From contig JBDLIL010000002.1 of assembly GCA_039714855.1 (NCBI GenBank), positions 1 to 44,406 of the forward strand: DNA of 44,406 nt, read 5' to 3'. The position numbers and the translations under genes were made by a program. The notes beneath the pieces were generated by a model. That model saw nothing but the letters and a program-made list of their open reading frames with translations, made no database searches and was not told the DNA's origin. Shown here one piece after another: positions 35,164 through 43,588 of this stretch (positions within the stretch are counted from its first letter, which is position 1; every line of letters starts with the position of its first letter). The DNA comes from Patescibacteria group bacterium (GTDB taxonomy: Bacteria > Patescibacteriota > Microgenomatia > UBA1400 > PJMF01).

Positions 35164-36530
35164 CATTACTCTTTGTTCTATTTGGACTTTTGGCTATTAG
35201 TTATTTTGGTTATTTGTTAATCCTAAACATAGATAATAAGTTAAATATTTTAGAATATCTTAGCTTAGGATATTTACTAGGGTTGGGAGTTTTTACTTAT
35301 TTAATGTTTTTTAGCAATCTGGCAGGTTTTGCTTATAATTTTGTTAATATCCTTGGTCTTTTAATCATTTTGGTCTTACTCTTTGCTTTTTTACTAAAAT
35401 TTAGAAAAATAAAATTAACACAAAAAATCAAATTTAAGAAATTAAAGTTAGATAAAAATGAAAAAATATTTTTATTTGCTATTCTTTTCGTGTCCTCAAT
35501 GATTTTTATTGCCAGCTTGTATTGGCCGGTCAAAGACTGGGACTCTTTAGTATTGTATGATTTTAGAGCCAAAGTTTTTCTAGACACTGGTTTTATGGAA
35601 AAGGCAATCGAAGAGGGTTATTTTTTTGGATACCCTCTAATGACATCGCTTTCGCACCTGCTCGTTTACTTATTTGGTTTTAAGCAACCAGGAATTATCC
35701 ACAGTCTTTTTTATATTTGTTTTTTACTAATCTCCTTTTCTCATCTGAAGGATGAATTGGAGCGCAAACAGGCCTTGTTTTGGACTATGATCCTAAGTTT
35801 AACACCTGAGCTATTTGGACCCGCAAATATGACGTATAGCAACCTAGCTTATACTGTTTATTTGCTAATTAGTCTGCTTTATTTGTTAAAATGGGCAGAG
35901 AGCAACAAAGATTCTTATCTTCTCATCTCAGCCTTACTTTTGGGTCTAAGCACATGGGTTAGAAGCTCCGAACCTTTTTGGTTAATACTCGTTATTTTTG
36001 TATGGATAATATCTTGGACAAGAAAAAAGTGGTATTTACTTATTACTTATCCCAGCATTGTTTATGCCTTTCTTTATCCGTGGTCACGGTTTGAAAAGCT
36101 GCACAACGCTGAAGTTGCTTCAGCGTTAAACAGAATTCCGCAGTTCTCAGCTTTACTCGTGAAAGGCTTTGATATATCTAATTTTATATCAGTAATCAAA
36201 TACTTTTATCTTCATATAATTTTCCCAAACAAATTGATTTATTTGCTATTTGTTCTTATTTCTATTCTGCTTTGGCAAAAAAGAAGAAGGGCCAAGCTCA
36301 CTCACTGGCTGCCAATATTTTTTGTCCTTTTCTCTTTAGGAATTACTTTTATGGGTATTTATTTATTCAGTTTATTTTATGAAGATTGGGGGAATATAGG
36401 AGGCTCAGCTACCAGAATGACCATGTTTATTGTTCCCAGCATTATCTACTCTGCAGCATTAATTATTAACCTGGCAAACAAAGAGCTCAAAATTTTAAAC
36501 CTTATTTTACAGAAGATGCGAAAGTCATGA
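35160..36530 (+). CDS. Hypothetical polytopic membrane protein (candidate GT-C or polymerase/ligase)
   Basis: ATGA overlap upstream and about 12 transmembrane segments. An acidic loop, YWPVKDWDSLVLYDFRAKVF, follows the early transmembrane segments. Confidence 0.45.
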   Translation: MTLLFVLFGLLAISYFGYLLILNIDNKLNILEYLSLGYLLGLGVFTYLMFFSNLAGFAYNFVNILGLLIILVLLFAFLLKFRKIKLTQKIKFKKLKLDKNEKIFLFAILFVSSMIFIASLYWPVKDWDSLVLYDFRAKVFLDTGFMEKAIEEGYFFGYPLMTSLSHLLVYLFGFKQPGIIHSLFYICFLLISFSHLKDELERKQALFWTMILSLTPELFGPANMTYSNLAYTVYLLISLLYLLKWAESNKDSYLLISALLLGLSTWVRSSEPFWLILVIFVWIISWTRKKWYLLITYPSIVYAFLYPWSRFEKLHNAEVASALNRIPQFSALLVKGFDISNFISVIKYFYLHIIFPNKLIYLLFVLISILLWQKRRRAKLTHWLPIFFVLFSLGITFMGIYLFSLFYEDWGNIGGSATRMTMFIVPSIIYSAALIINLANKELKILNLILQKMRKS

Positions 36531-37679
36531 ATCAGAATAGCTTTCTAAAAGCTGCTTTGTAATGCCCTCTATAGAGTATTTATTAGCAACAATTTTTTTT
36601 ACATTTTTACCCAGGCTTTTTCTTAAACTCTCATTCTTTGCCAATTTATTAATCGCCACTCCAAGATTTTTAGATTTGGGAGTGACTATCAGAGCAGCAT
36701 TATGGGTAGCAAGCTCGTTGAAATTGCATTTGTTGCTAATAATAAGTGGCAGACCAACACTAGCGGCTTCCAAAATACCTATCGAAAAACCTTCTAGATA
36801 GGATGGATAGATAAATACGTCGCTGGCTTTAAATAGTAAAGATTTTTCTTTTCCAAAACAAACACCTTTTAGTAAAACTTTTTTTGATAAATTATATTTT
36901 TTAATTTGATATTTTAGCTCATCTATGTATCCACTGTCAGAACCAGCAATCACAAAAAAAACATTGGCTATTTTAATTCTTTTAATTGCTTCTATCAAAA
37001 TATCTATACCTTTTAATTGGCTAATTCTGCCCAAAAAAGTAAATATAATTTTATCTTTGGGAAGACTAAGTTTTGTCCTAGCTTGCATTTTGCTCATCTT
37101 TGTTTCAAATTCTTGCGGATCAACTCCGTTGCCTATTCGCAAAATTTTTTCACTATTAAAACCAAGTTTTTTTAAAGTGTTTTCTTCGTTATCAGAACTA
37201 GCTATTAGTTTTTTGGCTCCACTCAACATGAGCTTGCCAAACAAAAAATAAAATATTTTTTTTGCTAAGTCCATTTTCTCCAGTGTACCGTGTACACTAA
37301 TAATATATGGCTTTTTATAAATTTTAGCTAAAAAACAAATCCAAACGTGTTGCAAAGTAAAAAAATCATGAAGGTGTAAAATGTCAAAGCTTTTTATTTC
37401 CCCAACTGCTCGAACAAATAATTTGGGGGTAAAAAACATATGATAATTAAACGCTAAATAATTGCTTAAATTAGCAAAATAATGAATTTTTAAATTTTTT
37501 GTCTTTTTGATTTTTTTAGCAGCTGGCATTCTCTGCTCTTTATCAAAACAGTCAGAAGTATAAACAGTGATCTTGTGCTTATTTTTGACAATTTCATTGC
37601 TTAAATCATAAACTAGTTTGGCTGGTCCACCATAACTCCACGCCGGATAAAAGTAGGGAACTACCTGTAAAATTTTCAT
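36525..37679 (-). CDS. GT4 (GT-B fold) glycosyltransferase
   Basis: MKILQVVPYFYPAWSYGGPAK N-terminus and the E-x7-E region PSYLEGFSIGILEAASVGLPLI. It is the last gene of the minus-strand deoxysugar operon. Confidence 0.78.
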   Translation of the reverse strand: MKILQVVPYFYPAWSYGGPAKLVYDLSNEIVKNKHKITVYTSDCFDKEQRMPAAKKIKKTKNLKIHYFANLSNYLAFNYHMFFTPKLFVRAVGEIKSFDILHLHDFFTLQHVWICFLAKIYKKPYIISVHGTLEKMDLAKKIFYFLFGKLMLSGAKKLIASSDNEENTLKKLGFNSEKILRIGNGVDPQEFETKMSKMQARTKLSLPKDKIIFTFLGRISQLKGIDILIEAIKRIKIANVFFVIAGSDSGYIDELKYQIKKYNLSKKVLLKGVCFGKEKSLLFKASDVFIYPSYLEGFSIGILEAASVGLPLIISNKCNFNELATHNAALIVTPKSKNLGVAINKLAKNESLRKSLGKNVKKIVANKYSIEGITKQLLESYSDS

Positions 37680-37680
37680 A

Positions 37681-38583
37681 CTAACTTGAGAGTGACTCCC
37701 AACACTTTTTCATGCCATCACTGATGTTTGTTTTTGCCTCCCAGGCGAAATCTTTTTTTATAACGGAAGCGTCTAGGACAATTTTTTGTAGGTCACCCAC
37801 AATTTTATCTGAGTATTCAGTTTTAGCTTTCTTTCCAGTGATTTTTTCTGCAAGACTAAGTATTTCATTGACAGAATAACCTTTTGCTGAACCAATGTTA
37901 TAAATACCTGACTTGTATTTTTTAATCGCCTTTAAAAAGAAGACGTTTAAATCATCGATGTATAAAAAATCTCTTGTACTTTTGCCATCACCCCAAATAG
38001 TTATTTTCTCATTCCTGTGAAGCTTATTTAAAACAGTAGTGATTAATCCATGTACTGCAATCTTTCCATATCCCGGACCATAGAGCACAGCAGCTCTAAT
38101 AACAAGTGGTTCTATACCGTGAAGCAATTGATAAAGTTGTAAATATTTCTCAATACTAATTTTAACAATCCCATAAGAAGATGTTGGTTTTAAGGTATCT
38201 GTTTCGGTGGCTAAATTTTGACTGTCACCGTATACAGAACAGCCAGATGAAGGGTAAATTATTTTTTTAACTCCTGCTTTGACCATCAAATCAAGTAAGT
38301 TAATGGTGGGAAGCAAGTTTGCTTTAATGTCAGCACTGGGGTTTAAATTAGAAATACGCGGACTCGTACTCATTATCAAATGAATAACTAAATCAACTTT
38401 TTTTAGAGCTCTTTTTAAAAGTGTTGAGTTCTCATATGACCCAATAAAATATCTGACTCTCTTCTCATTAGATTTAGCTTTTTTTCGCTGCAAAAGATGT
38501 AAATCGTGATCCGTATTCTTGAGTAAAAAGCTCGTTAAGTGTTGCCCCACAAAGCCACTGCTGCCCAAAATTAATATTTTCAT
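37681..38583 (-). CDS. NAD(P)-dependent SDR epimerase/reductase (candidate NDP-sugar 4-ketoreductase)
   Basis: LGSSGFVGQHL Rossmann motif and YGIVKISIEKY (YxxxK). ATGA overlap with the upstream Gfo/Idh/MocA gene. Confidence 0.6.
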   Translation of the reverse strand: MKILILGSSGFVGQHLTSFLLKNTDHDLHLLQRKKAKSNEKRVRYFIGSYENSTLLKRALKKVDLVIHLIMSTSPRISNLNPSADIKANLLPTINLLDLMVKAGVKKIIYPSSGCSVYGDSQNLATETDTLKPTSSYGIVKISIEKYLQLYQLLHGIEPLVIRAAVLYGPGYGKIAVHGLITTVLNKLHRNEKITIWGDGKSTRDFLYIDDLNVFFLKAIKKYKSGIYNIGSAKGYSVNEILSLAEKITGKKAKTEYSDKIVGDLQKIVLDASVIKKDFAWEAKTNISDGMKKCWESLSS

Positions 38584-39464
38584 ACGGCTTTCCTCAACAT
38601 CTCTAACGCCATAGCATCATTAATAAAATCTTTATAAAAAGCACTCCAGTTTCTTTTTGCAATGCTATCAGTGGCAACTTTCAAAAAAACTTCAAAAGAA
38701 TCTGAGGCTTTTATTTTTTTTATTTTGTTATTTACAAGAATCTTATTTTCTAAATCTGCAGGAGTAGTGAATACCCTATCTACACTTACAATCTTATCTT
38801 CAGCAATAAATATGGCATTGTTTATATACCCTGAATTAAAACCACAATTGCCTATAACTATCTTATTTTTTGGATAGCTTGCAAAAAAACTAAAGGCCAC
38901 AGGAACTCCATTTTTGTTATCGGTAACTTCCAGCAAAACTTTTTTTGGCTGGCTAGCAAAGAATAATCTCCCTACACTCATGGCATATGGACCTAAGTCT
39001 TCAATGGCACCGCCGCCAGCTTTTTTGGAATATCTGTAATTATTATTTTCAAATTTTGGAAAAGAGAAATTGATATTAATCTTATTGGGATTTCCCAAGT
39101 TTTTTAGAAATTTAATTTGTGGGTGATAGGCATAAACAGTAGCCTCAGCTAAAAGTAATTTTTTTCTCTTGGCTAAACTGAGTAACTGTCTAGCTTGTTT
39201 TAAATTGCTGGTTGCTGGTTTATCAACGATGACATGCATTCCTGCATCAAGCGCTTTCTTAGCCCATTTGTAGTGTAAGCTATTTATTAGGCTTATATAG
39301 ACAATATCTGCCTGACTTTTTTCCAAAGCCTGAGCATAATTACCCCAATCTGCTTTTTGGGAAATTGATGCAATCTCAATCTTTGTAATGGCATCTATTT
39401 TTCTTATGGCAAAAAGTATTCTTCTTTTAAATATAGAAGATTTCCCCAAAACTAAGATTTTCAT
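38580..39464 (-). CDS. Gfo/Idh/MocA-family oxidoreductase (candidate NDP-hexose C-3 ketoreductase)
   Basis: An N-terminal Rossmann region followed by HYKWAKKALDAGMHVIVDKP (the E/D-K-P motif of this family). It lies immediately downstream of the 2,3-dehydratase with an ATGA overlap. Confidence 0.65.
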   Translation of the reverse strand: MKILVLGKSSIFKRRILFAIRKIDAITKIEIASISQKADWGNYAQALEKSQADIVYISLINSLHYKWAKKALDAGMHVIVDKPATSNLKQARQLLSLAKRKKLLLAEATVYAYHPQIKFLKNLGNPNKININFSFPKFENNNYRYSKKAGGGAIEDLGPYAMSVGRLFFASQPKKVLLEVTDNKNGVPVAFSFFASYPKNKIVIGNCGFNSGYINNAIFIAEDKIVSVDRVFTTPADLENKILVNNKIKKIKASDSFEVFLKVATDSIAKRNWSAFYKDFINDAMALEMLRKAV

Positions 39465-40702
39465 AGAGTTGCAATCAAGCTTCTAGCTTCTACGTTAAAA
39501 TACGATTTTTTTACTAGAGTAAACAGTTCATCTTTACTCATCCAATAAAAATTTGCTGGCACATAAGCAGGGTTTGCTTTTACTATCATATATCTATTTT
39601 GTGCATGGTAAAACCTCCCACCTTCTTCAGACAAAAGAGTGTCAAAATCTATCTTAGACTTCGGTGCATTTAAAAAGTATTCCATTAGAGGAGACATTCC
39701 TTCTGTTTTAAGCCTGTTCTTATAATCTGAAAAAGAAACAGTGGGAGCCAAATCAAATAAATTTCTATTTCCAGCTTCTATTTTTGCCTGAACAAGATAT
39801 TTACCTTCGTGCTCTATGAATCCTATCAAGCCAATGCCGGCATCTTTAAATAGTGGCTGAGTCCACCTGACAACCTCTCTATTTTTTGCTTCAACTTCTA
39901 CAGCTATGACAGAAAAATATTTTTTATCTTTGTGAAAAATTTCCCTCTCATTTCTATTCCATTTTTCGACGTTGTTTAATGATATTAGTTTACTTTCAAG
40001 CCAATATTTTTTCTTTAACTCATTTACCCAATGAATAATTTTATCTACGGGTGCTTTTCCGCTATGCATACAAGATAAGACTGTCCTGGCATCCATGTTT
40101 ATCAAATTATCTTCATGAATTAATGACTTAAGGTTTTCCAAAGAAATCCAGAAAAAATCACTATCGACTTTTATATTTCCATCAATTTCCAAAAGGATAT
40201 TTCTATTTTGCTTTTTATAAAATCTTGCACCCTGCTCAGGCTGTAAAATATCAAATAAAACTTTTGCTCCATTCTCTTTCGGATTTAAAAAAAATTCCAA
40301 GTATTTTGGAAACTTGCCATCATGGACCTTTGTATAGTTGCTTTTTGTTGCCTGCACGGTAGGCGAGAGCTGAACTAAGTTTATATTTCCAGGCTCCATT
40401 TTGGCCTGCATTAGCAAATGTCGCTTGCCATTTACCAATTTGCTAATAATTCCCAAAATGCCTTCTTCTGGCTGATGAATAATTGGCTGATTCCAATTAG
40501 TAACATTGGCGAAATTAGTTTTCACCTCCATGCCCTTCACCGTAAAAAATTTTCCTGATTTATGCTGCAAATCTCCAGTAGTATCATTAAAATACCAGCT
40601 CTCAAGCATATCAAAATTTATTGGCCTAACTCGAAACAGATCTTTTGTTGAGATGCTATTGAACCAATTAAAAAAGCTTGATAAAGTTTTACTTGTATTC
40701 AC
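39461..40702 (-). CDS. NDP-hexose 2,3-dehydratase (EvaA/TylX3/OleV family)
   Basis: Two internal homologous halves are present. The first reads HKSGKFFTVKGM...WNQPIIHQPEEGILGII...LMQAKMEPGN...LSPTVQATKSNY...EQGARFYKKQNR. The second reads WTQPLF...GLIGFI...LVQAKIEAGN...LAPTVSFS...EEGGRFYHAQNR. The start is uncertain: I take the GTG at 40702, while the track's GTG at 40825 overlaps the divergent gene. Confidence 0.8.
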   Translation of the reverse strand: MNTSKTLSSFFNWFNSISTKDLFRVRPINFDMLESWYFNDTTGDLQHKSGKFFTVKGMEVKTNFANVTNWNQPIIHQPEEGILGIISKLVNGKRHLLMQAKMEPGNINLVQLSPTVQATKSNYTKVHDGKFPKYLEFFLNPKENGAKVLFDILQPEQGARFYKKQNRNILLEIDGNIKVDSDFFWISLENLKSLIHEDNLINMDARTVLSCMHSGKAPVDKIIHWVNELKKKYWLESKLISLNNVEKWNRNEREIFHKDKKYFSVIAVEVEAKNREVVRWTQPLFKDAGIGLIGFIEHEGKYLVQAKIEAGNRNLFDLAPTVSFSDYKNRLKTEGMSPLMEYFLNAPKSKIDFDTLLSEEGGRFYHAQNRYMIVKANPAYVPANFYWMSKDELFTLVKKSYFNVEARSLIATL

Positions 40703-40732
40703 TTTGATAGAGAATAACAAAGTGTTAAATAT

Positions 40733-41941
40733 ATGAAAAGTATTGTTATTCTTATCAATCACTTCCAGCCAAAAATTGGCTATCAAGAATTTTTTCTTGC
40801 TAAAGAGTGGAAAAAGCTGGATCACAAGGTTACCGTAGTCACTTCAAATTACTTTTTTCCTTTTCCTAATTATGAAAATACGGTGCAATCAATTTTGGGA
40901 GAAAGAAAAAGAGAAATCGGTAGAAAAAAAGAAAGAGGCATAGACAGCATAAGATTAAAATCTAGTTTTCAGTTGCCAGGAGGGTTTGTTGCTTGGCTGG
41001 ACAATTTGGAAGAAACTTTAGCCAAACTAAAACCAGATTTAGTATTTGCTGATGGCGTGTTTCAACCACTAGCACTGCAAATATCACTCATTAAAAACAA
41101 GCAAAAATTTTTACTCGCTTTTGACTCGCATGCTTCAAGCTTTAATACCGACTTACATTCTAGCTTTTTAAAAAAGAGCTATATGTTTCTTTTTCAGAAA
41201 TTGCTAATTCCAAAAATAAAATCGGCTGCAAATGTTTTTACAGCAGTAGGAGAATCAGAGAGAAAAACATTAATAAAAGAATATGGATTAAAAGCAAGAC
41301 AAGTAAGGCTAATTCATCTCGGAGCAGATACAAGTATTTTTTACCCAGATTTAAAATCGAGATCAATCATCAGGAAAAAGCTTAAAGTCTCTGATAAAGA
41401 AATACTTTTTGTTTATGCTGGAAAAATAACAAAAAACAAAGATGTTCATGTCCTTATCCCAGCATTTGCTAAGCTTTTAGAAAAACAAAGTAAATCTAAA
41501 TTGCTAATCATTGGTACTGGTGCTGATAAATACATGAAAAAATTAGTCAATTTGGCGAAAGAAAGTAACTGCTATGAAAACATAATTTGGCTGCCGCAGC
41601 AAAAACATAAAAAACTGGCTCAATATTATAACGCCGCTGATATCGGCGTTTGGCCGGGTGACTTGTCTAATACTATTCAAGAATGCATGGCGTGCGGCAA
41701 AGTAGTAATACTAGCCAACAAAATTTCCAAACAGCAAAGTAGCAAGCACTTAACAAAAAGCATGGGGGTATTTGCTTTTAAACGAGGGTCTATAAGATCT
41801 CTCTCAAGAGTCATGATTAACCTCTGTAGCTCAAAAACAAAGCTTACTCAGCTGGGAAAAGAATCTCAAAAAACAATAGTCACAGAATTTAGCTGGAAAC
41901 AAATAGCAAAAAAACATTTGGAGGTTTTAACTCATGATTAA
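40733..41941 (+). CDS. GT4 (GT-B fold) glycosyltransferase
   Basis: Two-domain GT-B layout, with FVYAGKITKNKDVHVLI...LLIIGTGAD and a C-terminal nucleotide-sugar binding region. It is more divergent than the other GT4s. Confidence 0.6.
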   Translation: MKSIVILINHFQPKIGYQEFFLAKEWKKLDHKVTVVTSNYFFPFPNYENTVQSILGERKREIGRKKERGIDSIRLKSSFQLPGGFVAWLDNLEETLAKLKPDLVFADGVFQPLALQISLIKNKQKFLLAFDSHASSFNTDLHSSFLKKSYMFLFQKLLIPKIKSAANVFTAVGESERKTLIKEYGLKARQVRLIHLGADTSIFYPDLKSRSIIRKKLKVSDKEILFVYAGKITKNKDVHVLIPAFAKLLEKQSKSKLLIIGTGADKYMKKLVNLAKESNCYENIIWLPQQKHKKLAQYYNAADIGVWPGDLSNTIQECMACGKVVILANKISKQQSSKHLTKSMGVFAFKRGSIRSLSRVMINLCSSKTKLTQLGKESQKTIVTEFSWKQIAKKHLEVLTHD

Positions 41942-43571
41942 GAATAAAATAGTTGTTATTTGTAGCTTAGTATTTGTACTTGTTACAAGCATTAGCGGCC
42001 ATTTGTTTTTTTCTCACCTGGGTTTTAATCCTACAGACGATGGATATCCATTGGCAGCATCTCGCAGGATTCTAGATGGAGAAATTCCTCATAGAGATTT
42101 TGTTTCGGTTCGACCAGCCCTTAGCCACTATATACACGCCCCCATAATATCATTCAATAAAAAACATCTTCTTTTGCTTTCTAGATACTTTGTTTTGATA
42201 GAGTTTTCTCTCATTAGTCTTTCTTGGCTCTTCATAGCGAATAAATTATTAAAAATTAATTTTTTCAAAAACACAAAAAACTTAATGCTTTTTTTTAGCA
42301 TTGGCCTACTTAGCTTTATTTATAATTTACACAACTTCCCCATCATGGTTTGGCAAAGTATTGATGCCATGTTTTTTTCTTCTGTAGGCATAGCTCTACT
42401 CACCCACGCAGATAAAAGAACGAGTCTTAAAATAATGGCTTATATGCTGATTGGTTGTTCTCCACTGCTTAAACAAAATTTTGTTTTAATTCCTATTTTT
42501 ACTTTTATTTTATTTTTTAAAAAAAAGAATTTTTTAGATTCACTAGCTATGGCGATACCTGGACTGCTTTATCTGTTTTTTCTCGCCATTAATAATGCTA
42601 TTGAGCCCATGATTGCTCAGTTATTTTATAAAAATAATTATAATTTTTTTACATATTTGAGAGTTCCAAACAGTTTTCTCATGGTCTTGCTAGGAATAAT
42701 TGCTGGATTCTCTTTGAAGAGTAAAAGTATGTTTCTAAAAAGCTTTGCCTCCCTCTTAAGTTTGGGGTTTTTGATTTATATATCTATGTCACTTAGAAAT
42801 GCTTCAGGTTTTTTGACAAAATATTCATTTTATTTATTTTATTATCTATTGGCACTCAGTATAGCTAGTTTGCTGTGGATCAAAAAAAGTAGAAGCTTGT
42901 TTTTGTTTCAGGTTTTATCATTGCTATCAGCTTTTACTATATCCATATCTCTTGGATATAACAGCCCCGCATTAGCCAGTGGAATCCTGATAATGACAAT
43001 TCTCTTATCTGCGTACAAAGAAATAGAGAAAAAAAACATTGCTCTTGTTTTATCAGGATCACTTTTTTTGATCATGTTTTTATTAAGCTTGCAAAACTTT
43101 ATATTTATGAGAACTTATGGAGTCTATAGAGACAAACCCGCAAAATTTTTGAAATATGACTTGGGAGGAGTTTTGGGAGGAGGAGCTGGTATAAAAACAA
43201 ATAAGCTAACATACCAATACTTAAAAGACTTAAAAGAAATAATTTCCAAAACAAATAAACCATATGTTTTGTTGCCAGATAATTCTATACACTGGGTTAC
43301 TAGCAAACAACGAAATCCACTCTCTGTAGATTGGCCTCAACCCATTGAGTTAGCCAATCAAAAGATAAGAAAAAAAGCACTGAGTGATTTAGACAAGCAT
43401 TTTTCTAGTGGGGGAGTAGCCATCATCCAAAAAATTAATGCGAGCACCCTATTCATTGGAAAAATTAAATTAAACAAAGATGAATATGCCTTAGTAAAAC
43501 ACACAGTAGATTCTTATGAGAAATTTGATGAAACTGAGTTTTTTGCAACTTACAAAAAAGTATCAGAATGA
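41934..43571 (+). CDS. Hypothetical polytopic membrane protein with a C-terminal soluble domain (candidate GT-C or polymerase)
   Basis: 8-nt overlap upstream. First-loop motif NPTDDGYPLAASRRILDGEIPHRDF, about 12 transmembrane segments and a ~170-aa hydrophilic C-terminus. Confidence 0.45.
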   Translation: MIKNKIVVICSLVFVLVTSISGHLFFSHLGFNPTDDGYPLAASRRILDGEIPHRDFVSVRPALSHYIHAPIISFNKKHLLLLSRYFVLIEFSLISLSWLFIANKLLKINFFKNTKNLMLFFSIGLLSFIYNLHNFPIMVWQSIDAMFFSSVGIALLTHADKRTSLKIMAYMLIGCSPLLKQNFVLIPIFTFILFFKKKNFLDSLAMAIPGLLYLFFLAINNAIEPMIAQLFYKNNYNFFTYLRVPNSFLMVLLGIIAGFSLKSKSMFLKSFASLLSLGFLIYISMSLRNASGFLTKYSFYLFYYLLALSIASLLWIKKSRSLFLFQVLSLLSAFTISISLGYNSPALASGILIMTILLSAYKEIEKKNIALVLSGSLFLIMFLLSLQNFIFMRTYGVYRDKPAKFLKYDLGGVLGGGAGIKTNKLTYQYLKDLKEIISKTNKPYVLLPDNSIHWVTSKQRNPLSVDWPQPIELANQKIRKKALSDLDKHFSSGGVAIIQKINASTLFIGKIKLNKDEYALVKHTVDSYEKFDETEFFATYKKVSE

Positions 43572-43588
43572 GCTAATATGGAGACATT

